64,000 bases of DNA from an uncultured Actinomycetes bacterium (GTDB taxonomy: Bacteria; Actinomycetota; Thermoleophilia; UBA2241): the NCBI GenBank assembly GCA_963709345.1, contig CAVPVX010000007.1, positions 384,001 to 448,000 of the forward strand. The letters run 5' to 3'. Below are positions 9,671 through 19,983 of the stretch, one piece after another. The notes below the pieces were generated by a model. It ran no database searches. It saw nothing but the letters and a program-made list of their open reading frames with translations, and had not been told where the DNA came from. Position 1 is the first letter of the stretch; every line of letters starts with the position of its first letter. The position numbers and the translations under genes are program-made.

Positions 9671-10573
9671 TCACTGGGACCCGTCGGCGCTGTCCTCAAC
9701 GTAGATGTGGACGATCGACCCTTCCGGCACCGGCGTCCCGACGGCCGGGACCACCCTGATGACGGCGCCCGGCGACATGCCGGTACCCGGCGACCAGCTC
9801 GTCCGCACCTCGAACCCGTGCGCGGTCAGCTTGTTCTGCGCCTGCTTGTAGGGCATGTTCAGCACGTCGGGCACGACGGGCTCGGGCGGGGCGCCGGCGA
9901 GCACGACGCTCACCTTGGTCCCGCGCGCGACCTTCACCGTGGCCGGCAGCGACTGGCTGATCACGGTGCCCTGCGCGGCCGTCGTGCTGACCTGGGTCCC
10001 GACGGTTCCCAAAGCGAGACCGGATCCGTTCAGGCGACTCGTCGCCTGGGCCTGGGTGAGCCCGGTCAGCGCCGGCACGACCACCGTCGGGCTCGTGTGG
10101 CTGTAGTACACGATGACGACGCTACCGCGCGGCACCTCGGTGCCGGCGGCCGGCTCCTCCTCGTAGATCTGCCCGTTCTCGACGGCGGTGCTCGCACCGG
10201 CAACGGGCTTGATGCTCAGCCCCTCCGCGGTGAGCGCGGCCTCAGCCTGTTCGAGCGTCTGCCCGCTGACATCCGGCACTGCCACCTTCGCGGCGCCGTC
10301 GCTCACCCACAGGACCACCGTAGTCCCCTTGGCGACCTTCTCACCGGAGGCCGGCTGCTGCCTCGTGACCGTCCCCTTCTCGACCTTGTCCGAGTAGGCG
10401 TGCTCGATCGAGTGCGCGAGACCGGCGCTCGTCGCCTCGCCCTTGGCGTCGGCGAGCGTCTGGCCCACGAGATCGGGAACGTCGACTCCCGAATCCATCT
10501 TCCAGACCGCGTAGCCCGCCAGACCGGCCGCAACGACGGCCACGATGGCCAGGACGATGACTGCCATCTTCAT
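9671..10573 (-). CDS. Membrane-anchored multi-PASTA domain protein
   Basis: N-terminal TM followed by four VPD.(V/S)G..... repeats. Confidence 0.85.
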   Translation of the reverse strand: MKMAVIVLAIVAVVAAGLAGYAVWKMDSGVDVPDLVGQTLADAKGEATSAGLAHSIEHAYSDKVEKGTVTRQQPASGEKVAKGTTVVLWVSDGAAKVAVPDVSGQTLEQAEAALTAEGLSIKPVAGASTAVENGQIYEEEPAAGTEVPRGSVVIVYYSHTSPTVVVPALTGLTQAQATSRLNGSGLALGTVGTQVSTTAAQGTVISQSLPATVKVARGTKVSVVLAGAPPEPVVPDVLNMPYKQAQNKLTAHGFEVRTSWSPGTGMSPGAVIRVVPAVGTPVPEGSIVHIYVEDSADGSQ

Positions 10574-10756
10574 GTCGCGTACCTCCTGCTTCCTCTTCTC
10601 GCGCTTGGGGCGCGACGGGCGTCGCGCTCGCCGTGGAGTCTCAGTCTCTATCGGCAGGCGGAGGTGCGGAACTTAGCCTGGAGCACGAGCGCTGAACGAC
10701 GACGGCCGCGCCCCTTCGAGAGACCCGGCCGTCGTGTCCGGCGTCGACGAGAAGCG

Positions 10757-12619
10757 TCAGACGGCGATGACGAGGAGCACGGTGTCGCCCACGGAGACGA
10801 CCGTCCCCGTGTCGGGTACGACCCGGACGACGGTCCCCGGCGGCTGGCCAGTGTTGGGCTTCTCCCTGAACTTGGCGGTGAGCCCGATGTCGTTGAGGGC
10901 GCCCTCGGCGACCGCCGAGTCCATGCCGTACACGTTGGGCACGGAGACCCCGCTCGGGCTCGGCGAGGGCGACGGCGTCGGCGAACCGCTGGAGATCACG
11001 ACGTTCACGGCCGAGCCCTTCGTGACCTTGGTCCCGGCGGCCGGATCCTGCCGGATCACCGAGCCGGAGGGGACGGTGCTGCTCGTCTCAGAGGTGATCG
11101 TGCCGAAGATGAGCCCGACGCCCGACAGCAGCGTCTGGGCGTCGGCCTGCGTGCGGTTGGTCAACTCGGGCACGGCCACCTGCGGCTCACCACTGCTGAC
11201 GAAGTACGTGATCGTGTCGCCGCGCTTGACGTCCGTGCCGGCGGCGGGCTCTTGCTTATAGACCCTGCCCTCGTCGGCCGCGGCCGACCTGCCTTTCTTC
11301 TGTGCGCCCTTGAGGTCGTTGTCGGCGAGCCACGCCTTGACCTCCTGGGCGGTCCAGCCACGGAAGTCCGTGAGGGTCACGGTCTCGCTGCCCTTGCTGA
11401 CCCAGATGTCGACGGTGCCGCCTTCGCGAAGGTCGGTGCCGGCCGCCGGCTCCTGCCGGCTGACGAAGCCGGCGGCGAACTCGTTGGAGAACTCGTCCTG
11501 CACGGCCGCTGTGAAGCCCTTCTTCTCGAGCGTGCGCACGGCCGCGGCCTCGGTCTGGCCGACCACTCCCGGCACCGCGACCTTGTCGCCGCTCATGGCC
11601 CACCAGAGGCCGAGAGCCGCCGCCGCGATGACGGCGAGCAGGAGGATGAGGAGCACCAGCGGCCAGCGCGAGCGCTTGCGCCGCGCCGCCGACGAGGATG
11701 CCGGACCGAGGACCGACGTGGCCTCCGGCGGCGCCGCCATGAGCCGCGTCCGCTCGCCGTCGGCGTCGAACGCCGCCGCCACGATCGGCCCCCCGGCCTT
11801 CGCCGACCGCAGGTCACGGGCAAACTCCGCCGCCGTCTGGTACCGGTCGGCGGGGTCCTTGGCCATCGCCTTGAGCACGATCTGGTTGAGCGCGTACGGC
11901 ATGCCGGGGACCAGCTCGGAGGGCTCCGCCGGAACCTCGTTCACGTGCTTGAGCGCGACCGTGACGGCGCTGTCGCCCTTGAACGGCACGGTGCCGGTCA
12001 GCATCTCGTAGAGGACCACGCCGACGGAGTACAGGTCCGAGCGCTCGTCGACCGGATACCCCTTGGCCTGCTCGGGCGCGAGATACTGCGCGGTGCCGAG
12101 GATCGAGCCGGCCTCGGTCATGCCGGAGTCCCCAGCGCGCGCGATGCCGAAGTCCATGACCTTGACGATCCCGTCGCGGTCGAGCATCACGTTCTGCGGC
12201 TTGATGTCGCGATGGATGATGCCGCTGCGATGCGCGAATTCCACTGCGGCCAGCAGCTGCAGGCCGATTCCGACGGTCTCGTTGCCGCTCAGGCGGCCGC
12301 GCCGGCGGATGAGATCCTTGAGCGTCTCGCCCTCGACGTACTCCATGACGATGTAGTAGATACCGTCGACCTCACCCCAGTCGTGGATGCCGACGAGATT
12401 AGTGTGGTTGAGCCCGGCCGCCGCCTTGGCCTCGCGGCGGAAGCGCTCGACGAACGTGGGGTCGTCGAGGAACCGGCGGAGCAGTACCTTGAGCGCGACG
12501 CGCCGGCCCAGCGTCTGATCCTCGCACAGGTACACGTCGGCCATGCCGCCGCCGCCGAGCTTGCGCAGCACCCGATACCTGCCGCCGACCACCTGCTCTG
12601 GCTGAAAGACGTCACTCAC
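10757..12619 (-). CDS. pknB: Ser/Thr protein kinase with PASTA domains
   Basis: [36 protein letters not shown], four PASTA repeats. Confidence 0.93.
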   Translation of the reverse strand: MSDVFQPEQVVGGRYRVLRKLGGGGMADVYLCEDQTLGRRVALKVLLRRFLDDPTFVERFRREAKAAAGLNHTNLVGIHDWGEVDGIYYIVMEYVEGETLKDLIRRRGRLSGNETVGIGLQLLAAVEFAHRSGIIHRDIKPQNVMLDRDGIVKVMDFGIARAGDSGMTEAGSILGTAQYLAPEQAKGYPVDERSDLYSVGVVLYEMLTGTVPFKGDSAVTVALKHVNEVPAEPSELVPGMPYALNQIVLKAMAKDPADRYQTAAEFARDLRSAKAGGPIVAAAFDADGERTRLMAAPPEATSVLGPASSSAARRKRSRWPLVLLILLLAVIAAAALGLWWAMSGDKVAVPGVVGQTEAAAVRTLEKKGFTAAVQDEFSNEFAAGFVSRQEPAAGTDLREGGTVDIWVSKGSETVTLTDFRGWTAQEVKAWLADNDLKGAQKKGRSAAADEGRVYKQEPAAGTDVKRGDTITYFVSSGEPQVAVPELTNRTQADAQTLLSGVGLIFGTITSETSSTVPSGSVIRQDPAAGTKVTKGSAVNVVISSGSPTPSPSPSPSGVSVPNVYGMDSAVAEGALNDIGLTAKFREKPNTGQPPGTVVRVVPDTGTVVSVGDTVLLVIAV

Positions 12620-12678
12620 GTCTGCCTACCTCGTTCCCTCGTCGACTGGTACGACCCCTGGCGCAGCCTGCCCTGCCG

Positions 12679-14118
12679 TCACGGCAGGGCAGGCTGCGCC
12701 AGGGCGCTCTTGATGACTGCGGCGGCGAGCGGCGCGGACACCTCGCCGCCGGTGGATTGGGAATCCTCGATGACCACGGCCACGGCGATCTGCGGATCGT
12801 CGGCCGGGGCGAAGGCGATGAACCAGGCGAGATTCGACCCGTCGCCCTTCTCGGCCGTGCCCGTCTTGCCGGCCACCTGGATGCCCTCGAGTGCGGCGGC
12901 CGTGCCCGTGCCCGCGTTGACGACTCGCTGCATCATGATGCTGAGCTCGCTCGCAGCCTGCGGCTTCATGGCGACAAGCCACTGCTCGGGCTTGGCCCGG
13001 CGGACGACGCCGCCCGTCGCCGTGACGACCTCTTCAAGGTAATACGGCTTCATGATGCGCCCGCCGTTGGCCACACTGCCGGCGACGAGCGCCATCTGCA
13101 GAGGCGTGGCGAGCACTCGTTCCTGGCCGACGGCGGCCCACGCCACATCGAGCGGATCCATGAACGCGCCCGGAGCGAGCAGGCCCTTCTTGCCGTAGCG
13201 GCCGCTGGGCAGCACCTCACCGGCCGGCAGCGGCAGCGGCGGCGCCTCGTAGAAGCCGAACTCCTGCATGCCGGCGACGAGACGCTTGCGGCCGATATCG
13301 TTGCCGAGCTTGGCGAACGTGGTGTTGATGGAGTACGTCAGCGCCGTCGTGAAGTCGTTGGGGCCGTACACGGCGCCACCGTAGTTCGTCACCTTGCCGC
13401 CGAAGACGACGTACGTCCCCGTGTCGACGAACTCCGTGTCGGCCGTCACCTTGCCGATCCCGAGACCGACGGCGGCGGTCACCACCTTGAACGACGAGCC
13501 CGGCACGTACAGACCCTGCGTCGGCCGGTTCAGCAGCGGCGCGCCCGAGTCGGTGCTCAGCCGCGACCACTGGTCCTCGACGTCGGCCGGGTCGTAGGTG
13601 GGAGCCGACGCGGAGGCGATGAGCGCGCCGGTCGTCGGATCCAGCGCCACGATCGCGCCCTTCTGGCCCTGCAGCGCCTGCTGCGCAGCCTTCTGCACTG
13701 CAGGCACAATGGTCAGCTTGACGTTCGCGCCCCTGGGCCGGCGCCCGAGGAGCCTGTCGACCCACGACTGCACGCCGAGGTCGGTGGACTGGCCGGTGAG
13801 GTCGGCGTTGAGCTCGGACTCGATACCGCTGCGCCCGTACCGCACCGAGTCGTAGCCGAGCAGTTGCGGGGCCAGGGTGCCCTGAGGGTAGACACGGTGG
13901 TAGTACCCGGAGCGCCGTCGCGAGCCGGCCATCACGGAACCGTCGAAGCCGAGGATGTCACCACGCTTGATCTTCATCTCCTTGGCAATGGCGCGCTTGT
14001 TCTCGGGCCGCTCCTGGAACCATTGCGCGCGCACGACCATGATCCAGGTGAGGTTCACGATGAGTGCGACGAACAGCACGGCGGTGATGATGAAGACCTT
14101 GGTCATGGCCCGGTTCAC
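12679..14118 (-). CDS. pbpA: Class B penicillin-binding protein
   Basis: SxxK (GSSFK), SxN (SIN) and KTG motifs; downstream of rodA. Confidence 0.9.
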   Translation of the reverse strand: MNRAMTKVFIITAVLFVALIVNLTWIMVVRAQWFQERPENKRAIAKEMKIKRGDILGFDGSVMAGSRRRSGYYHRVYPQGTLAPQLLGYDSVRYGRSGIESELNADLTGQSTDLGVQSWVDRLLGRRPRGANVKLTIVPAVQKAAQQALQGQKGAIVALDPTTGALIASASAPTYDPADVEDQWSRLSTDSGAPLLNRPTQGLYVPGSSFKVVTAAVGLGIGKVTADTEFVDTGTYVVFGGKVTNYGGAVYGPNDFTTALTYSINTTFAKLGNDIGRKRLVAGMQEFGFYEAPPLPLPAGEVLPSGRYGKKGLLAPGAFMDPLDVAWAAVGQERVLATPLQMALVAGSVANGGRIMKPYYLEEVVTATGGVVRRAKPEQWLVAMKPQAASELSIMMQRVVNAGTGTAAALEGIQVAGKTGTAEKGDGSNLAWFIAFAPADDPQIAVAVVIEDSQSTGGEVSAPLAAAVIKSALAQPALP

Positions 14119-14123
14119 GGCGC

Positions 14124-15452
14124 CTACCCTCTCTCGGCCAGACGGCGGCGCTCGAGATCGCTGCCGCCGCGGATGATGTTGCTGCGGTTCGACACCATGA
14201 GCAGGAGCGCCATCAGCATCAGGTTCGCGGTGATGGAGCTGCCGCCGTAGCTGACGAAGGGGAGCGTGATGCCGGTGAGCGGGATCAGGCGCGTCACACC
14301 GCCGATGATGATGAACGTCTGCAGGGCGAACGCCGTAGCCAGGCCCGCGGCCAGCAGCTTCGAGAAGCCGTCCGGCGCGTTGACCGCGATGCGGAAGCCG
14401 CGCCAGACGAAGAGCAAGTATACGAGGATCACCCCGGCCGCGCCGATGAGGCCCATCTCGTTGGCGATCGCCGTGAAGATGAAGTCGGTCTGCAGGTCGG
14501 GAACCACGGGCTGGCGGTTCGTGTACAGCAGAAAGCCGCGGCCGAAGCCGGCGCCGGCGATGCCGCCGTCGGCGAGAGTGAACAGCGACTGCAGCAGCTG
14601 GTAGCCGGTCGTCGCCGCGTGCGGCCACGGGTCGAGCCAGACGCTGAACCGGTCCTGCACGTGTGGCACGACCGCCACGGCCACGCCCGCGGCGGCGGCG
14701 AACAAGCCGAAGCCGGCGACCACGTAGACGATGCGCGCGGTCGCCATGTACATGAGCGCCACGAAGATCGACATGAAGAGCAGCGCCATACCGAAGTCCT
14801 TCATGAAGACGAGCGTGGCGAGCGAGAAGATCCACATCACGAGCAGCGGGCCGAAGTACTTCGCCGCCGGCAGCGGCACGCCGAGCACGTGCCGCGTCGG
14901 CACGGACAGGAGGACCTTCTTGTCGTCCAGATAGCCCGCGAGGAAGATCACGATCGCCAGCTTTGCGAACTCCGACGGCTGGATGCTGAAGCCGAACGCC
15001 TGGATCCAGAGCTTGGCGCCGTTGATCGTCGTTCCCAGGACGATGGTGACCACGAGGAGCGCGAGGCCGACGGCGCCGATGAGGTACCGGTAGCGATCCA
15101 GCTTCATGTGGTCGCGCACGACCAGCACCGTGAGGATGAACAGGCCGGCGCCGACCAGCAGCCACTGACCCTGCGTGAGCGCCAGGGCCGGGCGGATACG
15201 GAATATCTCGGTGAGACCGATCGCGGCCAGGAGTGCGGTGATCGGCAGCAGATAGGGGTCGGCCTGCGGCAGCAGCACGCGTATGAGCACGTGCAGCAGC
15301 AGGAAGATCCCGACGAACACGAGGCCGTAGACGATCGAGACGCTGTTGATCTCGCGAAAGCGCCCCGCATACACGGAGACGTAGGCCATGGTGCTCACCG
15401 CGCCGGCCAGCACCAGGAAGGCGAGCTCGAGGTTGCGCCGGCTCACGGCCAC
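14124..15452 (-). CDS. rodA: SEDS family peptidoglycan glycosyltransferase
   Basis: QPSEFAK, DFG.ALL, TDFIF, PLTGITLPFVSYGGSS. Confidence 0.92.
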   Translation of the reverse strand: MAVSRRNLELAFLVLAGAVSTMAYVSVYAGRFREINSVSIVYGLVFVGIFLLLHVLIRVLLPQADPYLLPITALLAAIGLTEIFRIRPALALTQGQWLLVGAGLFILTVLVVRDHMKLDRYRYLIGAVGLALLVVTIVLGTTINGAKLWIQAFGFSIQPSEFAKLAIVIFLAGYLDDKKVLLSVPTRHVLGVPLPAAKYFGPLLVMWIFSLATLVFMKDFGMALLFMSIFVALMYMATARIVYVVAGFGLFAAAAGVAVAVVPHVQDRFSVWLDPWPHAATTGYQLLQSLFTLADGGIAGAGFGRGFLLYTNRQPVVPDLQTDFIFTAIANEMGLIGAAGVILVYLLFVWRGFRIAVNAPDGFSKLLAAGLATAFALQTFIIIGGVTRLIPLTGITLPFVSYGGSSITANLMLMALLLMVSNRSNIIRGGSDLERRRLAERG

Positions 15453-16687
15453 ATCTCCAGCTGCTCGGACACGTCCATGACCTCGGCGTGACCGCGCAGC
15501 GCGCGGGCGTCGACGATCGCCCGCTCCTCGGGCGACAGGGAGTCGTAGGTGCGCACGCTGCGCCGGTACGCGGCGTGCAGCTTGACCGGGCCCACCTTCG
15601 CCGGTACGCCGCTGTAGACGGTCAGCCGCCCGTCGTCGACGCCGATGAAGAACACGGTGCTGTAGACCACCGCGCCCGCCGCGACGACTACGGTGAGCGC
15701 GGCCAGCAGGCCTGCGAGGATGCCGAGGCGGCGGATGGAGCGGCGACGGTCCGCGGCGGCGGCCGACGGCGGCGCGACGATGACTCCTGCGACGGCGGCC
15801 GGGCCGTCCGCCTCGACGGTGAGACCGTCCGGCGCGGGAGCGTCGGGAGAAACGCCGTCCGGCGCGGGAGCATCCGGCGAGTCGCCGGCGGCCGGGGCGG
15901 TCACGGCCGTCAGCTCGGCCGTGTCGGCGCCGGCCTCCGGGTCGTCCGCGTCGGCGGCGTCCGGTGTGCCGGCCGGCCGGCCGCCGGACGCCTCCTCGAT
16001 GATGACGACGACAGCCGTGATGTTGTCGGGGCCGCCGCGCTTGCGCGCCTCCTTGACCAGCTTGCCGACAGCCGCCTGCGGGTCGGGCTGGGCCAGGGCG
16101 CCGGCGATCGCCTCAGCCGGCACCGGGCCGCTGAGGCCGTCGCTGCAGAGCAGCAGGGTGTCGCCGGCGCGCAGGTCGACGGCGAACTCGTCGATGCGCG
16201 CCACGGCCTCCGTCCCCAGCGCCCGGCTCAGGATGCTCCGGTGCGGGTGGACGGCGGCCTCGGTCTCGGTCAGGCGCCCGTCGCGGACCATCTCGCCGAC
16301 CAGCGAGTGGTCGTCGCTCACCTGCTCCAGGACGGCGTCGCGGAGCAGGTACGCGCGGCTGTCGCCGATGTGGACGAAGTGCGCCGTGTCGCCCTCGAGC
16401 ACGAACGCCGTCAGCGTCGTCCCCATACCCGTCTGCTCGACGTTGTCGCTGGCGCGCGCGAAGACGGCGGTGTTGGCGGCCTCCGCGGCCTCGAGCAGCG
16501 GCCGGCCGTCGGCGACAGCCGCGGCCAGCGTCTCGGCGGCCAGGCCGCTGGCGACCTCGCCGGCCTGGGCGCCGCCCATGCCGTCGCAGACGCCGAAGAG
16601 CGGCGGCTTGACCACGAACGTGTCTTCGTTCGTCTTGCGGTGCAGCCCGATATCGGTGAGGGCGCCTTGGCGGGCGACGAGCGTCAC
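15443..16687 (-). CDS. pstP: PP2C-family Ser/Thr phosphatase
   Basis: NED, CDGMGG, GDSRAY, CSDGL, GGPDNIT; C-terminal TM. Confidence 0.92.
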   Translation of the reverse strand: MTLVARQGALTDIGLHRKTNEDTFVVKPPLFGVCDGMGGAQAGEVASGLAAETLAAAVADGRPLLEAAEAANTAVFARASDNVEQTGMGTTLTAFVLEGDTAHFVHIGDSRAYLLRDAVLEQVSDDHSLVGEMVRDGRLTETEAAVHPHRSILSRALGTEAVARIDEFAVDLRAGDTLLLCSDGLSGPVPAEAIAGALAQPDPQAAVGKLVKEARKRGGPDNITAVVVIIEEASGGRPAGTPDAADADDPEAGADTAELTAVTAPAAGDSPDAPAPDGVSPDAPAPDGLTVEADGPAAVAGVIVAPPSAAAADRRRSIRRLGILAGLLAALTVVVAAGAVVYSTVFFIGVDDGRLTVYSGVPAKVGPVKLHAAYRRSVRTYDSLSPEERAIVDARALRGHAEVMDVSEQLEMWP

Positions 16688-16694
16688 CTGGCGC

Positions 16695-17261
16695 TCACTC
16701 CTCGTAGCGGAACGTGGTCTCGCCGATGCGCAGCCGGCCGTCCAGCCTGAGCTGCGCCTCCGTCACCTGCTTCTCGTTCACGAAGGTGCCGTTCGTGCTG
16801 CCGAGATCCTCGACGAAGTAGTACTGCCCCCGGGGGACGAGTCGCGCGTGGGCGCCCGAGACGAACTGCTCGTCGAGCACGATGTCGCTGGTGCCCCCCC
16901 TGCCCACGGTGATCCAGCCCTCGAGGGGGAACACGACCCCGGCGGGCACGATGGGGCTCTCCTCGACGATGAGACGGGGGTTGATGTGCTGCGAGAAATC
17001 CATCTTCTCGCCGGCCACGGTGCGCTCGACCAGGCGATCCTCGCGGCGCTGCTCGCGGTCCTCCGGCGTGAAGACCGGCGCCAGCCGGTCGCCGGCCGGC
17101 AAGGCGACATCCGGCGCCACGACCCCGGCCGCGACCGCGCCCGCGCCGCGGACGTTCGACACCGCCGTCTTCACAATCCGCCAGATGAACAGGTAGAGGA
17201 GGACGAGGATGCCGATCTTCAAGACGAGCAGGACGACGTCGATCATGAGACTCTCCCGCAC
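16695..17261 (-). CDS. fhaB: FHA domain protein (FhaB-like)
   Basis: N-terminal TM; GR..S..H..DLGSTNGT FHA motif. Confidence 0.85.
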   Translation of the reverse strand: MRESLMIDVVLLVLKIGILVLLYLFIWRIVKTAVSNVRGAGAVAAGVVAPDVALPAGDRLAPVFTPEDREQRREDRLVERTVAGEKMDFSQHINPRLIVEESPIVPAGVVFPLEGWITVGRGGTSDIVLDEQFVSGAHARLVPRGQYYFVEDLGSTNGTFVNEKQVTEAQLRLDGRLRIGETTFRYEE

Positions 17262-17309
17262 CGCTCCCCGCCGGGGGCTGCCGGCGACGCGCTCACCGGG
17301 GCCGCCGGG

Positions 17310-18116
17310 TCAGGGCTGCCTCTCGAACTGAAGCTCCGTGCTGCCGAACTCGATGCGGTCGCCGTGCTGGAGGACCGCCTGCTTGACCTCGCGCCGGTTG
17401 ACGCGCGTACCGTTGGTAGAACCGAGATCGCGCAGCAGGAAGCCGTCGTCCTGGCGGCGGATCTCGGCGTGTTCACGCGAGACGTTGGGGTCGGTGAGGA
17501 CGATGTCGCAGCGCCGGCTGCGGCCGAGCACCGTCACCGTGTCGCCGAGCGTGTGGTCGCCCTGGCGGCCGCGCAGGACGGCGCGTGGCCCGGCGCCGCT
17601 CGCCGCAGCGGCCGCGGCCGCTGCGGCCGGCGCCGCCGGCCCCTGGTAGAGCACCGTCTGGTCGACGACCGGGCCGGCCGCCACCGGCGCCATCGGCGGT
17701 GGAGCCGCCGCGGGCGCGGCGGCATCCGCGCCGGGAGCCTCAAGCGGCGCGCTGACGGTGCGCGTCGCGATACCGAACTCGCCTACCCGCAGGTCTTCGT
17801 CCTCGTGCAGTTCGATGCGTGGTGGCGCGACCAGCGTCCAGCCTTCGCGACGCGCGAACGCGGTGACGTAGTTGGAGAGCTCGCCCTTGAGAGAATCCTC
17901 GAACGAGGTGAGGTGCTCGAAGTCGGCTTTGCCGAGATACATGTCAAACTCGTTGGGCACGTAGACGTTGGAGACCCCGACCGTCTTGTGGTCGCCCATC
18001 TCCTTGGCCAGCTTGTGCGCCAGTTCCACCGGCTGCACACTGGACTTGAACGCGCGCCCGAAGCCACCCTCGACCAGGCCCTCGAGCTTCTTCTCAGCCT
18101 TCCTGAAGATCCCCAT
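17310..18116 (-). CDS. fhaA: DUF3662 + FHA domain protein (FhaA-like)
   Basis: FKSSVQPVELA N-domain; GRS..SREH..DLGSTNGT. Confidence 0.88.
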   Translation of the reverse strand: MGIFRKAEKKLEGLVEGGFGRAFKSSVQPVELAHKLAKEMGDHKTVGVSNVYVPNEFDMYLGKADFEHLTSFEDSLKGELSNYVTAFARREGWTLVAPPRIELHEDEDLRVGEFGIATRTVSAPLEAPGADAAAPAAAPPPMAPVAAGPVVDQTVLYQGPAAPAAAAAAAAASGAGPRAVLRGRQGDHTLGDTVTVLGRSRRCDIVLTDPNVSREHAEIRRQDDGFLLRDLGSTNGTRVNRREVKQAVLQHGDRIEFGSTELQFERQP

Positions 18117-19797
18117 CTTCGCGCTCCTCCGGTGCGTCACCGGTCGTCAGGACCAACCAGAAGAATATCACGGCCGCGGGGAGGGCCACACTCCAGACGA
18201 GCGGCCACGGCTCGGCCGGGTAGCCCCACACAACCGCGGGCACGACGCGGTACGCGGCGAAGGCAGCCGCGAAGGCGAGCGCCCACACCCAGAGGCGAGT
18301 CTCAAGACGTCCCCGCGACAGGGCGAAGCCGATCGCCACCGCGAGCCCGGCCCACAGGGCGGCCTGCAGCAGGCACGGGGCCGCCAGCACGTCCGCGAGC
18401 ACGCGCCCGGCGGCGGTGAACGGGTCGCCGGCCGCCGTGAACTCCTCGCCGAGCCGCCGGCGCGGCTGGTCGAGCGTGAACGGACCACGCGGCGCCCGCA
18501 CCAGGAGCAGGTAGACCATGGTGCCAATGCCGGCCCAGGCGGCGGTCAGCGGGCCGCGCACGCGGCCCAGGACCGCCGCCCCCGCCGGCGCCAGCAGCGT
18601 CAGATAGACGGGCGTCAGCAGAAGCGCGAGGACGGGCCACAAAGCGGCGATCGGGCGGGTACGGGCGAGCAGGAACACGGCGACCGCGAACGCCAGGTAC
18701 GCGGCGCCCAAGCTGAGCGAGAGATTGAAGACCGGGAAGGCGAGGATGCCCAGCAGCCAGGCGAGGCCGGCCTGCGGCGCGACCGCCCAGACGGCGGCGC
18801 TCAGGGCGATGAGAGGCAGCGTCCAGCTCTGCGGGTAGGCCGGCAGCGCGCCGAGCACGAAGCCGCCGGTCACGGCGGCCAGCGCCGCGCCTCCGGCGCG
18901 CTCGATCGCCGCGGCGGCCCGGCCGAGCGGGCGCACGAACCTCTGCGCCTTGCGCAGGCGCCGGGCCTGCAGCGTGCCGCTGCGCAACAGCTCGCCGAAG
19001 GCCTCGCTGAGCTCGGCCGCGTTCGGCCGCTCGCCCGGACGGGGGGCGCAGGCGTCGTCGATCAGCGCGACCAGGTCGTCCGGCAGGTCCGAGCGCAGGG
19101 CGGACAACGAGGGCAGCCGCGCGCCGGCAACGTTCGAGAGCGTCTCGGCCGGCGTCTCGCCGCGCAGCGGGTGCTCGCCGGCCAGCAGTTCGTACAGCAC
19201 CATGCCGGCGGAGTACACGTCGCTCGGCGGCCCGGCGCGCCGGCCGGCCGCCTGCTCTGGCGACATGTAGGCGACGGTACCGATAACGTCGCCGTCGCCG
19301 GTGAGCGTGTCGGCGTCGAGCAAGCGGGCTATGCCGAAGTCCATGACCTTGACGTGGCCGTCCTCGCTGAGCATCACGTTCTGTGGCTTGACGTCGCGGT
19401 GGACGATGCCCTGGCTGTGGGCGAAGGCGAGCGCGTCCAGCAGCTCCGCGCCGACGGCCACGACGTCACCGTCTCCGAGCTCCCCCCCGAGCCGGTCGAG
19501 CGACTCCCCCCTCACCAGTTCCCATACGAGGATGCTCCGCTCGCCGTCACCGAACCAGTCGTACAGGGCGACGATGTTCGGGTGCGACAGCGCCGCCGCC
19601 GCCTCCACCTCGCGAACGACCCTCCCGGACATCGCGCGGCCGTCGGCCACCACTTTCAGCGCGACGCGCTCGTCGAGCGTCACGTCGCGCGCTTCGTAGA
19701 CGTCGGCGAACCCGCCGCTGCCGATCCTGCCGATCAGCTCGTAGCGGTCGCGCCAGTCGACGTACAGGGGTGTGGTGCTGTGGGCAGCGACGGACAT
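18094..19797 (-). CDS. Ser/Thr protein kinase with C-terminal multi-pass membrane domain
   Basis: GSGGFA, VALK, HRDVKPQN, DFG, YMSPEQ; about 8 hydrophobic helices after the kinase. Confidence 0.88.
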   Translation of the reverse strand: MSVAAHSTTPLYVDWRDRYELIGRIGSGGFADVYEARDVTLDERVALKVVADGRAMSGRVVREVEAAAALSHPNIVALYDWFGDGERSILVWELVRGESLDRLGGELGDGDVVAVGAELLDALAFAHSQGIVHRDVKPQNVMLSEDGHVKVMDFGIARLLDADTLTGDGDVIGTVAYMSPEQAAGRRAGPPSDVYSAGMVLYELLAGEHPLRGETPAETLSNVAGARLPSLSALRSDLPDDLVALIDDACAPRPGERPNAAELSEAFGELLRSGTLQARRLRKAQRFVRPLGRAAAAIERAGGAALAAVTGGFVLGALPAYPQSWTLPLIALSAAVWAVAPQAGLAWLLGILAFPVFNLSLSLGAAYLAFAVAVFLLARTRPIAALWPVLALLLTPVYLTLLAPAGAAVLGRVRGPLTAAWAGIGTMVYLLLVRAPRGPFTLDQPRRRLGEEFTAAGDPFTAAGRVLADVLAAPCLLQAALWAGLAVAIGFALSRGRLETRLWVWALAFAAAFAAYRVVPAVVWGYPAEPWPLVWSVALPAAVIFFWLVLTTGDAPEEREDGDLQEG

Positions 19798-19839
19798 CGG
19801 GAATCGCCTCGCGTCCTTCCTTTGGGTCGATATTCGTTA

Positions 19840-19848
19840 TGGTACAAT
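19840..19848 (+). promoter_or_regulatory. Extended -10 (TGgTACAAT) of tRNA-Leu
   Basis: TG-N-TACAAT about 20 nt before the tRNA; similar TAnnnT boxes precede the other tRNAs. Confidence 0.6.
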
Positions 19849-19869
19849 CCGAACCCTGTAAGAGCTGCT

Positions 19870-19956
19870 GGGCGAGTGGCGGAATTGGCAGACGCGCTAG
19901 GTTCAGGGTCTAGTGCACTTACGTGCGTGCGGGTTCAAGTCCCGCCTCGCCCACCA
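19870..19956 (+). tRNA. tRNA-Leu(CAG)
   Basis: GGGCGAG/CTCGCCC acceptor stem, anticodon CAG, long variable arm, GTTCAA T-loop, encoded CCA. Confidence 0.95.
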
Positions 19957-19983
19957 ACCGCTTGACGAACGGGGGTCTGCGGA

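Noticed and set aside
15825-15875. 30-bp tandem repeat in pstP (SPDAPAPDG x2)
   Set aside because: In-frame low-complexity linker duplication
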